Below, in pieces: positions 37,329 through 46,977 of a DNA stretch of 61,151 nucleotides (position 1 is the stretch's first letter; each line of letters begins with the position of its first letter). A program made the translations under genes and the position numbers. This DNA is from a virus (Duplodnaviria > Caudoviricetes). The notes under the pieces were generated by a model. It did not search any database and was not told where the DNA came from. It saw only the letters and a list, made by a program, of their open reading frames with translations. Where the stretch lies: positions 1-61,151 of the IMG/VR virus record IMGVR_UViG_3300022602_002290, one strand, 5' to 3'.

Positions 37329-37896
37329 TATATTCTTTAAATGCCTTTTCATTTAATAGTTTCATATCCAAATTATTACCAATCATTAGTTGTCTAACTA
37401 ACTTAGCTCGTTCACTATTCAATAGTGGCATATATAACTGCATATTCATAGGTTGTTCAAGGTATCTAGATGCACTAAAAAATGAAAATGTTTTTAGAAC
37501 TTTATCTTCGTCTATGAAAAAACATTTAGGATACATAGATAGCTTGTATATCTGAGCTTTATGTAGATCCAAGCATATCTGTTCTAATTGCTGTTTCCAA
37601 TCAGGGCAATAGTCTTCGAGCTGTTCTCCTCTATTGATTATGTCCTGACAAATGTGTCCGCTAAATCTTAGATATATTTTATAACCATCTTTTTCTTCTT
37701 TGGCAAGTTTAGCGCACCACCTGTACTGCTCGAGTTCTCCGCCTACAAAGTTTAAATCTCTAATATAGCAAGAACGCATTAGCAACATATCATATTGCGG
37801 TTTAATTTCGTATTCTTGACATAAGAAATTACCGTCTGTGCTCTTATAAAGATTATAAACTCCGTGTTCTAATTGAACCCAGTTTTCACTCATCAT
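37273..37896 (-). CDS. Degenerate protein-kinase/phosphotransferase-fold protein
   Basis: LH...IYKLSMYP..FF lines up with a kinase catalytic loop but lacks the Asp; paralog of 38728-39414. Confidence 0.45.
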   Translation of the reverse strand: MMSENWVQLEHGVYNLYKSTDGNFLCQEYEIKPQYDMLLMRSCYIRDLNFVGGELEQYRWCAKLAKEEKDGYKIYLRFSGHICQDIINRGEQLEDYCPDWKQQLEQICLDLHKAQIYKLSMYPKCFFIDEDKVLKTFSFFSASRYLEQPMNMQLYMPLLNSERAKLVRQLMIGNNLDMKLLNEKAFKEYIKWPDDVLPEIYDRVYGS

Positions 37897-37897
37897 A

Positions 37898-38704
37898 TTA
37901 GTAGCTCTCCAAATGATTAATACCTAGTTGTTTGCGGAATCCTTCAGTGAACTTGCCATCAATGCGTAGGCTGTAACTTTGTTCCATAATACGTTCGCCT
38001 CCGTGCCAGTCAACATCATTCCACCAAGCGGCACGAGTATTAAGATATGTCTTATCCTTAGTTTCTGGATCCCAAAGGTACATGGCTTTCTTTGTGTTAG
38101 GGCGAATGTGTATAAACTCATTGCGGTGAGGCTTAACAACATCTATACCATTTTTAGCATCTAAATCTCTATGTTCAAACGGAATACCATCTGCTTCACA
38201 ATGAAAGAATATAACACGGCCTATATGTTCAAATATCCCTAAGGTAATTAAATCCTCAACCCATTTTACTGTATTAGGAAAATACTGTGCTTCTTCTGTT
38301 AAATTTCTTTTTGCTGTCCTATTGTCCCACGATCCTTCTTCCCATAGATAATAGTAGATGTAAGGATCATATGCTCCTAGCGCCATCTTTAGATAGCGTG
38401 TGAATATGTTGCGCTGTTTAAAGTCTTTAAAATCATTTGGCATTAGGTCCATGCCGTTTAGCTTTACTGGATCAGAATCGGACAGAGCTGTAAATTCTTC
38501 CATAGCTTTGTAGATAGGTTTCCAGTGTAAGAGATAACTCATATCATTAAAGGTAAAACCAGGAGACATCCAAGTTCCTTCTTTAGCAAACTCTCTCGCT
38601 AAGGCAAATCCTTTCATAATCTCTGGCTGTAGCTTTTCGAATGAATCCATATTAATGTATGGAGTCATATCTATATATGGTTGGCCGTTTATACCTTTAA
38701 TCAT
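37898..38704 (-). CDS. Cupin/2OG-Fe(II) hydroxylase-like protein
   Basis: GRV.FF...EHRD...DWHGG...R.DG. Confidence 0.6.
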   Translation of the reverse strand: MIKGINGQPYIDMTPYINMDSFEKLQPEIMKGFALAREFAKEGTWMSPGFTFNDMSYLLHWKPIYKAMEEFTALSDSDPVKLNGMDLMPNDFKDFKQRNIFTRYLKMALGAYDPYIYYYLWEEGSWDNRTAKRNLTEEAQYFPNTVKWVEDLITLGIFEHIGRVIFFHCEADGIPFEHRDLDAKNGIDVVKPHRNEFIHIRPNTKKAMYLWDPETKDKTYLNTRAAWWNDVDWHGGERIMEQSYSLRIDGKFTEGFRKQLGINHLESY

Positions 38705-38727
38705 TTTTTCCTTTGATAATTACTTAC

Positions 38728-39414
38728 ATGAAATACGAATACTACTATAACAATGTTCCTGGAGTAGGGCAAACACGCAATAATCTTATTTACACCAGCC
38801 TGATATCAGCCGATAAAAAAACGTTTGTTCAGTGGTACCACAATGATACAGAATATCACAAAGGACAAAACCAAGTAGTTGATCCTGCCAAAATGGAAGA
38901 GAAGTGGTTGCGTGAAGTGAACTATTTGACTCAAATGCGGAATACATATCCACACCTAGTTCCTACGATTAAGAACATAGATTTAGATTCTAGAAAGTTA
39001 TATTTAGAAATAGACGGCCCCGATTTTTGGGAACAAGCAGGGTGTGATATAGCAAACTATAATAGTGTGTTACCGGATTGGCAAGAACAGATGCTTAACA
39101 TCATTAAGATACATAAAACATTAGGATGGCACAAGTATAGTATGCATCCTAGCAGTTACTTTGTAGTAGATAGAAAACTAAAGAGTATTAATTACTTCTT
39201 TACCTATAGAAATACTGAACCCAATATTAGTATACAAGATGTCGAAAGTCATATCTATTCTACAAGGCAAGATGAAATGCGTAAGCATTTAGATACACTA
39301 GGTATTGAATGGGATAAGCCACAGCCGTGGACAGTTATGGATCAGTTGTGTTGGGAAAGTTTTAGCACAAACTATCCAAAAGAATTTATCGAGCGAGTCA
39401 AATGTATAGTTTAA
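38728..39414 (+). CDS. Degenerate protein-kinase/phosphotransferase-fold protein
   Basis: REV.YL...P.I..ID....LYLE and H..GW.KYSMHPSSYF. Confidence 0.5.
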   Translation: MKYEYYYNNVPGVGQTRNNLIYTSLISADKKTFVQWYHNDTEYHKGQNQVVDPAKMEEKWLREVNYLTQMRNTYPHLVPTIKNIDLDSRKLYLEIDGPDFWEQAGCDIANYNSVLPDWQEQMLNIIKIHKTLGWHKYSMHPSSYFVVDRKLKSINYFFTYRNTEPNISIQDVESHIYSTRQDEMRKHLDTLGIEWDKPQPWTVMDQLCWESFSTNYPKEFIERVKCIV

Positions 39415-39944
39415 AGCCTTGGTCTGAAGATTTAGATCTAACTGAATTTTATGCTGAAGCCGAGCGTAGAGGATTTACAAATAACTCTAGTCAAAAAGCT
39501 ATGATAGATTGTTTTAAAAATGAACAACGATGGAATGTTTGGATTTTATATTATAAAAATACTGCTGTTGGATCAGTAGCCGCACATACACTAGATGATA
39601 TTGGATATAGGATATGTACAAGAACTTGTGCGTTTACTGATAAGATGCCTATAGATCATTTGCGTACTAGAGAAGGAATAACTTCTCATCAAAATGTTAC
39701 AGCACAATTTTTTATTCCCCAATGCATAGAGTGGGTAGGTGATCATGATATGTATATTACAACGCATCCTAGTGAAGTTGGTACACAGCGTCTGGTACAC
39801 ACAATATGGGGACCTGCCCTGGCCGCTACAGGGTGTTTAGAATTAGCGTTCAATAAAGAATATAGAGGACACATGCAAACGTTTTGGCGTCTAAATAAAG
39901 ATGTATTCTTAGAACAATTATCAAAAGGACCTAGATGGCATTAA
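39402..39944 (+). CDS. GNAT-like acyltransferase
   Basis: WILY....VG..AAH...YRI..R beta-strand pattern and ~180-aa size; weak call. Confidence 0.45.
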   Translation: MYSLKPWSEDLDLTEFYAEAERRGFTNNSSQKAMIDCFKNEQRWNVWILYYKNTAVGSVAAHTLDDIGYRICTRTCAFTDKMPIDHLRTREGITSHQNVTAQFFIPQCIEWVGDHDMYITTHPSEVGTQRLVHTIWGPALAATGCLELAFNKEYRGHMQTFWRLNKDVFLEQLSKGPRWH

Positions 39945-41017
39945 CTTTATCTCTATGCGAACATTGCTATAGACACGTACCTGCTGAAAAGTTTGAACGT
40001 GACGGTTCTGTTTGGATGCGTAAAACTTGTACAGAACACGGCACAAGCGAATATATGATAGAACGTGATTCTGAATTTTATAATACTCTAGAATTTGATT
40101 CTATAGGATACGACGTTCCTAGCGGAATCATGATAGAAGTTACTGATCGGTGTAATCTCAAATGTCCGCATTGTTATCATGAGCCCGAAAGTGCTACAAC
40201 TGATAAACCAATAGAATTGATACTTAGCCAGATAGAGTCTTGGCCAGATGATGCTGGTAGTGTTATACTTGCAGGTGCCGAACCTACACTACGCAAAGAC
40301 CTTCCAGAACTTATTAAAGCCATACACGAACTACAGGTGCGTACTAATAGAACGCATCAGGATATTACTATCCTTACTAACGGAGTGCGATTTGCAGATC
40401 GTGATTGGGTACAACAAATAAAAGATGCAGGTTGTCGTGCAGTAATGATAGGCTTGAATCATCCTACATATCAAGGAAAGACTGTACATGCAAAACAACT
40501 GCAAGGTATACAGAACTGTGTTGATGCAGGTATTATGGTATACTATGTAGGATATACTTTAGAAGACATTGATCATATACCCGATGTACTAGATGAAATA
40601 CAAGCATTAGGCAACAGTGCTTGGCAGTATCGTGTACGTGCAGGAAGTGACATAGGTCGCAATCCAGACGAACCGCGCTACTATCTAAGCGATCATGTTA
40701 AAGCAATTAAAGCATACGTAGATAGCAAAGGCTGGACATGGGAAAAGATTCCTGCAGATGATAATTTATATCATTACATGGTTAAAATAAATGGTATTAC
40801 ACACAGACTAATACAGTGGAGTGATCCTAAGACTATTGATATGGAAGAACTGCGCTGTGGTCCGTGGTGTGATTTTGTGCCCAACAAACCTATCACAAAT
40901 TTCCTACATCAAATCATGTTACGTGATGCGGCTGTAAACAAGGGAATGAATCTATGGGATACTGTTCCAGAAAGATATCAATTTCGTAGCAGAGATGCTA
41001 TGCGACAAGATCCTTAA
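39935..41017 (+). CDS. Radical SAM protein with an N-terminal zinc-ribbon (MJ0619/Tes-like architecture)
   Basis: SLCEHC...K.C.EHG N-terminus, CNLKCPHC, GAEPT and TNG. Confidence 0.85.
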   Translation: MALTLSLCEHCYRHVPAEKFERDGSVWMRKTCTEHGTSEYMIERDSEFYNTLEFDSIGYDVPSGIMIEVTDRCNLKCPHCYHEPESATTDKPIELILSQIESWPDDAGSVILAGAEPTLRKDLPELIKAIHELQVRTNRTHQDITILTNGVRFADRDWVQQIKDAGCRAVMIGLNHPTYQGKTVHAKQLQGIQNCVDAGIMVYYVGYTLEDIDHIPDVLDEIQALGNSAWQYRVRAGSDIGRNPDEPRYYLSDHVKAIKAYVDSKGWTWEKIPADDNLYHYMVKINGITHRLIQWSDPKTIDMEELRCGPWCDFVPNKPITNFLHQIMLRDAAVNKGMNLWDTVPERYQFRSRDAMRQDP

Positions 41018-41367
41018 GCCTGTCTCTCTAACCAAGTTTCTTTTATAGTTTCTGGTTTGAACCAGTCTTGCACAAACTGTTTAACAACTGCTGGATCAAA
41101 CTTTTTACAACTAAACAGATCAATATATCCTTCGCATGTAGCATCCACAAAGTGTGCTGTAATATTGCTCGTTGATATCATTTGCATAGCACTAAACCCT
41201 GCGTTTGGAGTTCTTGGTAACAGATATTCTATCATAGGATCTCCTACAGGAGTCATACCAATCATAGGTATAAGTTTAATAAAAAAATCTTTAATAGAAT
41301 CGTCGCTGGTAATCATATCTCTTTTACACTTACCGCAATCTAGTATTAGGTGATATCCCCAAGTCAT
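41014..41367 (-). CDS. speD: S-adenosylmethionine decarboxylase-like pyruvoyl enzyme
   Basis: G.HLILD.C, G.S...ISTSNIT.H and YIDLFSCK; ATGA-coupled start at 41367. Confidence 0.75.
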   Translation of the reverse strand: MTWGYHLILDCGKCKRDMITSDDSIKDFFIKLIPMIGMTPVGDPMIEYLLPRTPNAGFSAMQMISTSNITAHFVDATCEGYIDLFSCKKFDPAVVKQFVQDWFKPETIKETWLERQA

Positions 41368-42047
41368 GCTATGTCCTTTAAAATTAATTGTGCTAATGCT
41401 TCGTGTGCATCTTTTCCGTAATGTAGATAAGGCATCCGAGTAAAATTCTTCTCCTTTGCCCAATCGCTATAATTATCGTGTCCTTCAAAATCAAACCAAT
41501 TATCAAAATCGCTTGTTGTATGATTAAGCATTAAATGACAAACATCTTTACATGCCGCATCGACTAGATATGCAAAAGAATCTATATTATCAACAGGGCG
41601 CAATAATTGTTTTACATAGATATCATTGATAGGATTACGCAGATTAGACAGTCTAAGATCTTTTTCAATAGGACCGTACCATTGCATACCTACTTGTAGA
41701 TATCCGTCATCGTCTTGTCCTAATAAGTTCTTTCCGGGATAGTAGAATTCATTCCGGTCAGGAGATGTATAACCAAATAGCACAAGACTATTAGGATGTC
41801 TTTTTAATGCTTGTCCTAACAATCTTAGACTGCGCTGATTACTCCCGCCAGTCATTGCATAATTATAGCAAGGAACCTTTAGTGCTTTTGCAACAATAGC
41901 AGGAAACGCTATCATTTTACCAGGTACATCGGCGGCTTCTAATGATATTTCTCCGCTTAGGTAAAAATCGTAGGTATTAGCATTGGTTAATTCACATCCT
42001 GCGACATGACTATCACCAAATGCAAGGACAGACTCATAGTTTTTCAT
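41364..42047 (-). CDS. SGNH/GDSL-like protein
   Basis: AFGDSHVAG, NYA..GGSN and C-terminal H...AH. Confidence 0.7.
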   Translation of the reverse strand: MKNYESVLAFGDSHVAGCELTNANTYDFYLSGEISLEAADVPGKMIAFPAIVAKALKVPCYNYAMTGGSNQRSLRLLGQALKRHPNSLVLFGYTSPDRNEFYYPGKNLLGQDDDGYLQVGMQWYGPIEKDLRLSNLRNPINDIYVKQLLRPVDNIDSFAYLVDAACKDVCHLMLNHTTSDFDNWFDFEGHDNYSDWAKEKNFTRMPYLHYGKDAHEALAQLILKDIA

Positions 42048-42074
42048 TATGTATATATTTAACTTAAATACACC

Positions 42075-43682
42075 ATGTTCGATGTAATTTTATTTGCAGA
42101 TGCTCCCTACCCACACCATAAGATAAGAGGATATGGCGTACATAGAATAGCCAGCCATATACGTGCTAATGGTTATTCATGTATCGTTATAGATTTTAGT
42201 TCTGCGCTTACATTTGATCTATACAAAGAAATCATAGATCTTACAGTTGGCCCTAACACACTTATGGTAGGATATTCTACTACATGGCTTCCTTATAGGT
42301 ATCCAGAAGCTCCTGGCGAGTTCAGTAATCAAATACCAGGTCATCACATTGGAGAAGAACATGAACTATCTAATAACAAAGAAGATTTAAAAGATTGGAA
42401 AAAAAATAACCTAGTCTTTAAATTTGGCCTTAATGAAGTTGACGAATGGTTAAAATATCCAAAGTCTATTAATCCTAATTTGAAAATAGTGTTAGGCGGA
42501 GCTAAGGCTGATTTTTACATGGACTTACAAAATGTAGATCATGTTATATTTGGTATAGCAGAAACTATGACGATTGATCTGCTAGATAAACTCAGTGGTA
42601 AAACAAAACGTATTTTCAACAAATACATTGATCACGATCGTAAAGCTCACGCACCAACTTGGGATTTTAGAGAAAGCAAAACAACTTACACTGATTTAGA
42701 TTTCCTCCAACCACAGGAAACACTTGTACTAGAAGTTGGTAGAGGCTGTAGATTTAAATGTGCATTTTGTAATTTTCCGCTAATTGGACAGAAAAATGTC
42801 AACGACTATCTAAAGCATCCTAGCATAGTTAGAGACGAGTTATTAGAAAACTATGAACGTTGGGGGACTACCAAATACTTTATTGTAGATGACACATTTA
42901 ATGACAGCACAGAAAAATTAGAAATGATGGTAAAGGTAATGCGCGATTTACCTTTTGATATTAAGTTTTGGTGCTATACTCGTATTGACTTGTTAGCCGC
43001 ACACCCTGAACAGATAGAGCTAATGAAAGAACTAGGAGTGGCCGAAACATTCTTTGGACTAGAAACATTTAACGATAAAAGCAGTAAGACTATTGGAAAA
43101 GGCATGCCCAATAGCAGACGTAAAGATACTTTATACAAAGCAAAAGAGATATGGGGAGATCGTGTTTATATGGAGGGTGGCTTTATGATAGGACTGCCGT
43201 ATGAAACACAAGCCAGCTGGAGAGAAACAGTTGAATGGTTAAAACGAGAAGACTGTCCTCTAGATATATCAACATGCTATCCTGTAAACATCATTAAAAA
43301 GACAGAGCGCAATCAATGGTTTCCAACCAGTTGGTTTGATAATAACTATGAACAGTTTGGGTATTACTTTCCAAACGAAGGAATAGATGGCCTGCTTACA
43401 TGGCACAAAGATGATGATACTGATATCAATACATTCGTTAAGGCACAAGAAATAGCAGATGCTACTACAAAAGAGTTGGCTCCTTATCAACGTCCTCGTA
43501 AGGGAGATTTTTATGCCAGTTCATTTAACCATCCTATACTAAAAAATAGAGAAGCAACATTAGATATGACAGACCAAGATTATAATCAAATGGTATATAA
43601 TATAGATTTTGATAATTTATTTTATGAATCGGCCCATCAGGAATATTTTAATCTATTGTTGAAAAAATTAAAAAATGTTTAA
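42075..43682 (+). CDS. Cobalamin-dependent (class B) radical SAM enzyme
   Basis: N-terminal B12-binding-like domain (G..RIAS.IR..G...KIVLGG), RGCRFKCAFC, DDTFN and GLET. Confidence 0.85.
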   Translation: MFDVILFADAPYPHHKIRGYGVHRIASHIRANGYSCIVIDFSSALTFDLYKEIIDLTVGPNTLMVGYSTTWLPYRYPEAPGEFSNQIPGHHIGEEHELSNNKEDLKDWKKNNLVFKFGLNEVDEWLKYPKSINPNLKIVLGGAKADFYMDLQNVDHVIFGIAETMTIDLLDKLSGKTKRIFNKYIDHDRKAHAPTWDFRESKTTYTDLDFLQPQETLVLEVGRGCRFKCAFCNFPLIGQKNVNDYLKHPSIVRDELLENYERWGTTKYFIVDDTFNDSTEKLEMMVKVMRDLPFDIKFWCYTRIDLLAAHPEQIELMKELGVAETFFGLETFNDKSSKTIGKGMPNSRRKDTLYKAKEIWGDRVYMEGGFMIGLPYETQASWRETVEWLKREDCPLDISTCYPVNIIKKTERNQWFPTSWFDNNYEQFGYYFPNEGIDGLLTWHKDDDTDINTFVKAQEIADATTKELAPYQRPRKGDFYASSFNHPILKNREATLDMTDQDYNQMVYNIDFDNLFYESAHQEYFNLLLKKLKNV

Positions 43683-45291
43683 TGTAATAATCTTTACAGA
43701 CACTCCAGAACCGTTAACCAAAACTAGGGGGTACGGCTCGCACAGACTTGCTTCGCAAATAAGAAGCGAAGGATATACCTGCTTGGTTGTAGATTTTATA
43801 TCTGCAATGACTTACGACATGTATAAAGAAATCTTAAACAATGCTGTAGGACCAGAAACTTATGTTGTAGGGTTTAGTTCATCGTGGCTTCCTTATCTTA
43901 TGTTAGAAGGAGAAGCTCCGCAAACTGCTGATCCAGGAAGAGAAGTCGATAAGCGTAGAAGAGGTAGTGATGAGATACTATTAAAAACTAATGTTGAAGA
44001 TCCGTTTAATGGGTCGTTGCTAACTGCATTTATTAATAAGCATGCAGGCCAATGGTTTAATTATATAAAAGAACTAAATCCTAAAACCAAAATAGTGCTA
44101 GGCGGAAATAAAATTGATTGGTATACAGATATAAAAGAAGCCGATCATTTTATGATAGGACTATCCGAGACTATGATGTTAGACTTACTTGACTCACTCA
44201 GTAAAAAAGGTCCTAAGAGAATATTCAACAGAGTAATAGAACACGATACTCGTGCTAGATTGCCTAGATGGGATTTTAGAGAAAGTACAACATCTTATAC
44301 AGAATATGATTTTATCAAACCTAATGAAACTCTGAGCTTAGAGCTTTCAAGAGGATGTAGATATAAATGCACCTATTGTTCATATCCTATGATTGGACAA
44401 AAGAATATGCATGATTATCTAAAGTATCCTGAAACATTAAAAAGAGAGCTACTAGAAAATTATGAAAGATGGGGAACTACACAGTATTATTTTATGGACG
44501 ACACATTTAATGATACTACTGAAAAGTTACAATCATTCTTAGATGTTGTTAACTCGTTGCCCTTTAAGATTAGTTTTTGGTGCTACTTACGATTAGATGT
44601 ATTAGCAGTACATCCTGAACAGATACACATACTAAAAGAATTAGGGGTTGGTCAGTGCTACATGGGCATAGAAACATTCCACGATAAAGCAGGTAAGGCT
44701 ATTGGAAAAGGTATGTCGGCTAAACGTAGGAAAGAAACACTTAAACTATGTCAAGAAATATGGGGACCCGATGTAAGCATACAAGCAGGCTTCATAGTAG
44801 GTTTACCACACGAGTCCTCTGATTCTATATATGAAACAGCAAAGTATCTATCTGAGCCTGATTGTCCTATAACACAAGGATGGATATTCTCTTTAAGTAT
44901 TGTAGGAAATCACGACTTATCCAAATATGTTTACAAAAGCGAATTTGATACTAATCATGAGAAATATGGTTACAAGATTCCTAACCCAGATAGATTCTGG
45001 GAATGGTACAAGGAAGATGAAACCGATATTACCAGCTGGAAGGTAGCAGAAGCCATTAGTGCAAAAGCACACGAAACTATCGTTAATAAAGTATATAAAG
45101 GTGACTTCTATAAAGCATCTCTAAAACACCCTGTGCTATCGAATAGACAGCTAACTATGTCGATGACAGATAAAGAGTACAAGGATCTTATCGATTCAAT
45201 CGATCAACTAAAACTGTACACAGATACTGTGATGGAAGATTACTTCAATCCTCTAATACAAAAACTAAAAAATGACAATACCGCTAAATGA
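43675..45291 (+). CDS. Cobalamin-dependent (class B) radical SAM enzyme (tandem paralog)
   Basis: RGCRYKCTYC, DDTFN and GIET; co-linear with 42075-43682. Confidence 0.85.
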   Translation: MFNVIIFTDTPEPLTKTRGYGSHRLASQIRSEGYTCLVVDFISAMTYDMYKEILNNAVGPETYVVGFSSSWLPYLMLEGEAPQTADPGREVDKRRRGSDEILLKTNVEDPFNGSLLTAFINKHAGQWFNYIKELNPKTKIVLGGNKIDWYTDIKEADHFMIGLSETMMLDLLDSLSKKGPKRIFNRVIEHDTRARLPRWDFRESTTSYTEYDFIKPNETLSLELSRGCRYKCTYCSYPMIGQKNMHDYLKYPETLKRELLENYERWGTTQYYFMDDTFNDTTEKLQSFLDVVNSLPFKISFWCYLRLDVLAVHPEQIHILKELGVGQCYMGIETFHDKAGKAIGKGMSAKRRKETLKLCQEIWGPDVSIQAGFIVGLPHESSDSIYETAKYLSEPDCPITQGWIFSLSIVGNHDLSKYVYKSEFDTNHEKYGYKIPNPDRFWEWYKEDETDITSWKVAEAISAKAHETIVNKVYKGDFYKASLKHPVLSNRQLTMSMTDKEYKDLIDSIDQLKLYTDTVMEDYFNPLIQKLKNDNTAK

Positions 45292-46225
45292 AATAAAAAG
45301 TTTTGGACAACAGACATTACTAGATAATCCTAGGTTTAATGTTAGTTGGATATTAGGTAGATTTTGTAATTATAAATGTTCTTACTGTTGGCCATATGCC
45401 AGATCCGATAAGCCAGACTATGCAGAGTTAGAAGTTTATAAAACTGCTGTAAATGAAATAAAGAGACAGGCCGGAGAAAATGGATTCACCGAATTCCACT
45501 GGAGCTTCAGCGGGGGAGAACCTACTGCGTACAAGCATCTTTTAGAACTAATCAAACATCTTGATGAGACCACAAGTTTCTATCAAAGCATACACATGAC
45601 TACTAATTTAAGTCCAGGCCTAAATTGGTGGAGAAGTTGGCATTATGCTACAGAAATGCTACAAAGACGAAGCATTACTGCCAGTTTTCATGCAGAATTT
45701 GCAAAAGAAAATGAGTTTGCTGAAAAGTGCTTACAGTTAATGTATGACAGGGTTCATGTTACAATTAATCAAGTTATGGTTCCTGAAAAGTTTTACGAAA
45801 CATTAGAACGTTGCGAGCGTTTTAGATCTCGCGGTATCAATGTTACGCTAAAACCGCAAAGCAACGATACTGCTACTGCTATTGTTCAAGGATACACGCC
45901 TGAAATGATTAGCATCATGCAGAATGATTTTGAACAGCAAGAAGGATATCAAATTAGGCTAACTGACGGAATTAACAACTACTTTATTGATCAAGCAGAA
46001 CGATTCAATGCATTAGGGTTTAACAAATTTAAAGGTTGGAAATGCTCTGCAGGGTTTCAAGGGTTAATTATTAGAGGAAATGAAGTAAAGCGTGGATATT
46101 CTTGCAAGGAAGAGTCTATAGGAACACTAGAAAAATTTAATCTGCTGAGATCTCCTACTTTATGTGTTACAGACAGTTGCGTAAGCTCTGCAGACAGCAA
46201 GATGCCCAAATACAGGATTGAATAA
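45272..46225 (+). CDS. Radical SAM protein with a twitch domain
   Basis: CNYKCSYC, SGGEP and W.C.AG...C...C; paralog of 20978-21892. Confidence 0.9.
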   Translation: MTIPLNEIKSFGQQTLLDNPRFNVSWILGRFCNYKCSYCWPYARSDKPDYAELEVYKTAVNEIKRQAGENGFTEFHWSFSGGEPTAYKHLLELIKHLDETTSFYQSIHMTTNLSPGLNWWRSWHYATEMLQRRSITASFHAEFAKENEFAEKCLQLMYDRVHVTINQVMVPEKFYETLERCERFRSRGINVTLKPQSNDTATAIVQGYTPEMISIMQNDFEQQEGYQIRLTDGINNYFIDQAERFNALGFNKFKGWKCSAGFQGLIIRGNEVKRGYSCKEESIGTLEKFNLLRSPTLCVTDSCVSSADSKMPKYRIE

Positions 46226-46248
46226 ATAAACGTAGAAACGGATCACTT

Positions 46249-46977
46249 ATGCTAGATATACTAAAAAACAAAATCCTAACCTGGACTCCAGAAGCCGCTG
46301 ATACTTTTTTCCAAGGAACAATTAGATATTCCTATCTAGGCGGACGGATTTGGGAAATTGCACCAACTGGGTATTATCTATGGTCGTCTGACTACGCAGG
46401 ATACTTTGACAACAATGGTAAAACTTATGAACTATTTGTTAAAGACAACGAAGCAGACATAACATTCAAGCAAACTTTAAGCAACTATGTTGACAATTCT
46501 GGCGCTGTTAAAATAGAAAAGCCCACACTAATACAGTCAGTTAATATGTTTGGTCTAGTTTGTACCTATGTTGAGCAACAGCGTCCTTATAATTCGCATG
46601 GTATTAATTTGATGAACATGATCGCTGTTCCTAATAATTTTGAAGATAATTATCTACAAATAATACAGCAAGCAATTTTATCATATGAAAAATTAGTAAC
46701 AGCTATTGATATTATGCAAGGCAATGAGACCTCTGGCACTTATCCTAATGCGGTATGGGATTCATACTTCTTAGATCCAGTAACTCAAAACATATTTTGG
46801 GCTGGACCAATGGAGTTTATTTGTAATAGACAGGACTCTATACAAATAATGCAGGCTTCAACTGCGTATGCAGATACATTTGTTCAACAAGTGTGCGGGC
46901 ATACTAACGCTAGATCTATCCAAGCCGATTTAAATAATTTTATAAAAACACAATGTACAATACTTCAACTTCCTTAA
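46249..46977 (+). CDS. Hypothetical protein
   Basis: 242-aa ORF with TAAATA upstream. Confidence 0.7.
   Translation: MLDILKNKILTWTPEAADTFFQGTIRYSYLGGRIWEIAPTGYYLWSSDYAGYFDNNGKTYELFVKDNEADITFKQTLSNYVDNSGAVKIEKPTLIQSVNMFGLVCTYVEQQRPYNSHGINLMNMIAVPNNFEDNYLQIIQQAILSYEKLVTAIDIMQGNETSGTYPNAVWDSYFLDPVTQNIFWAGPMEFICNRQDSIQIMQASTAYADTFVQQVCGHTNARSIQADLNNFIKTQCTILQLP

Noticed and set aside
13404-46225. Classical RiPP cluster (SPASM radical SAM plus precursor peptide)
   Set aside because: No RRE/PqqD domain, transporter or convincing leader-core precursor was found next to the radical SAM genes.
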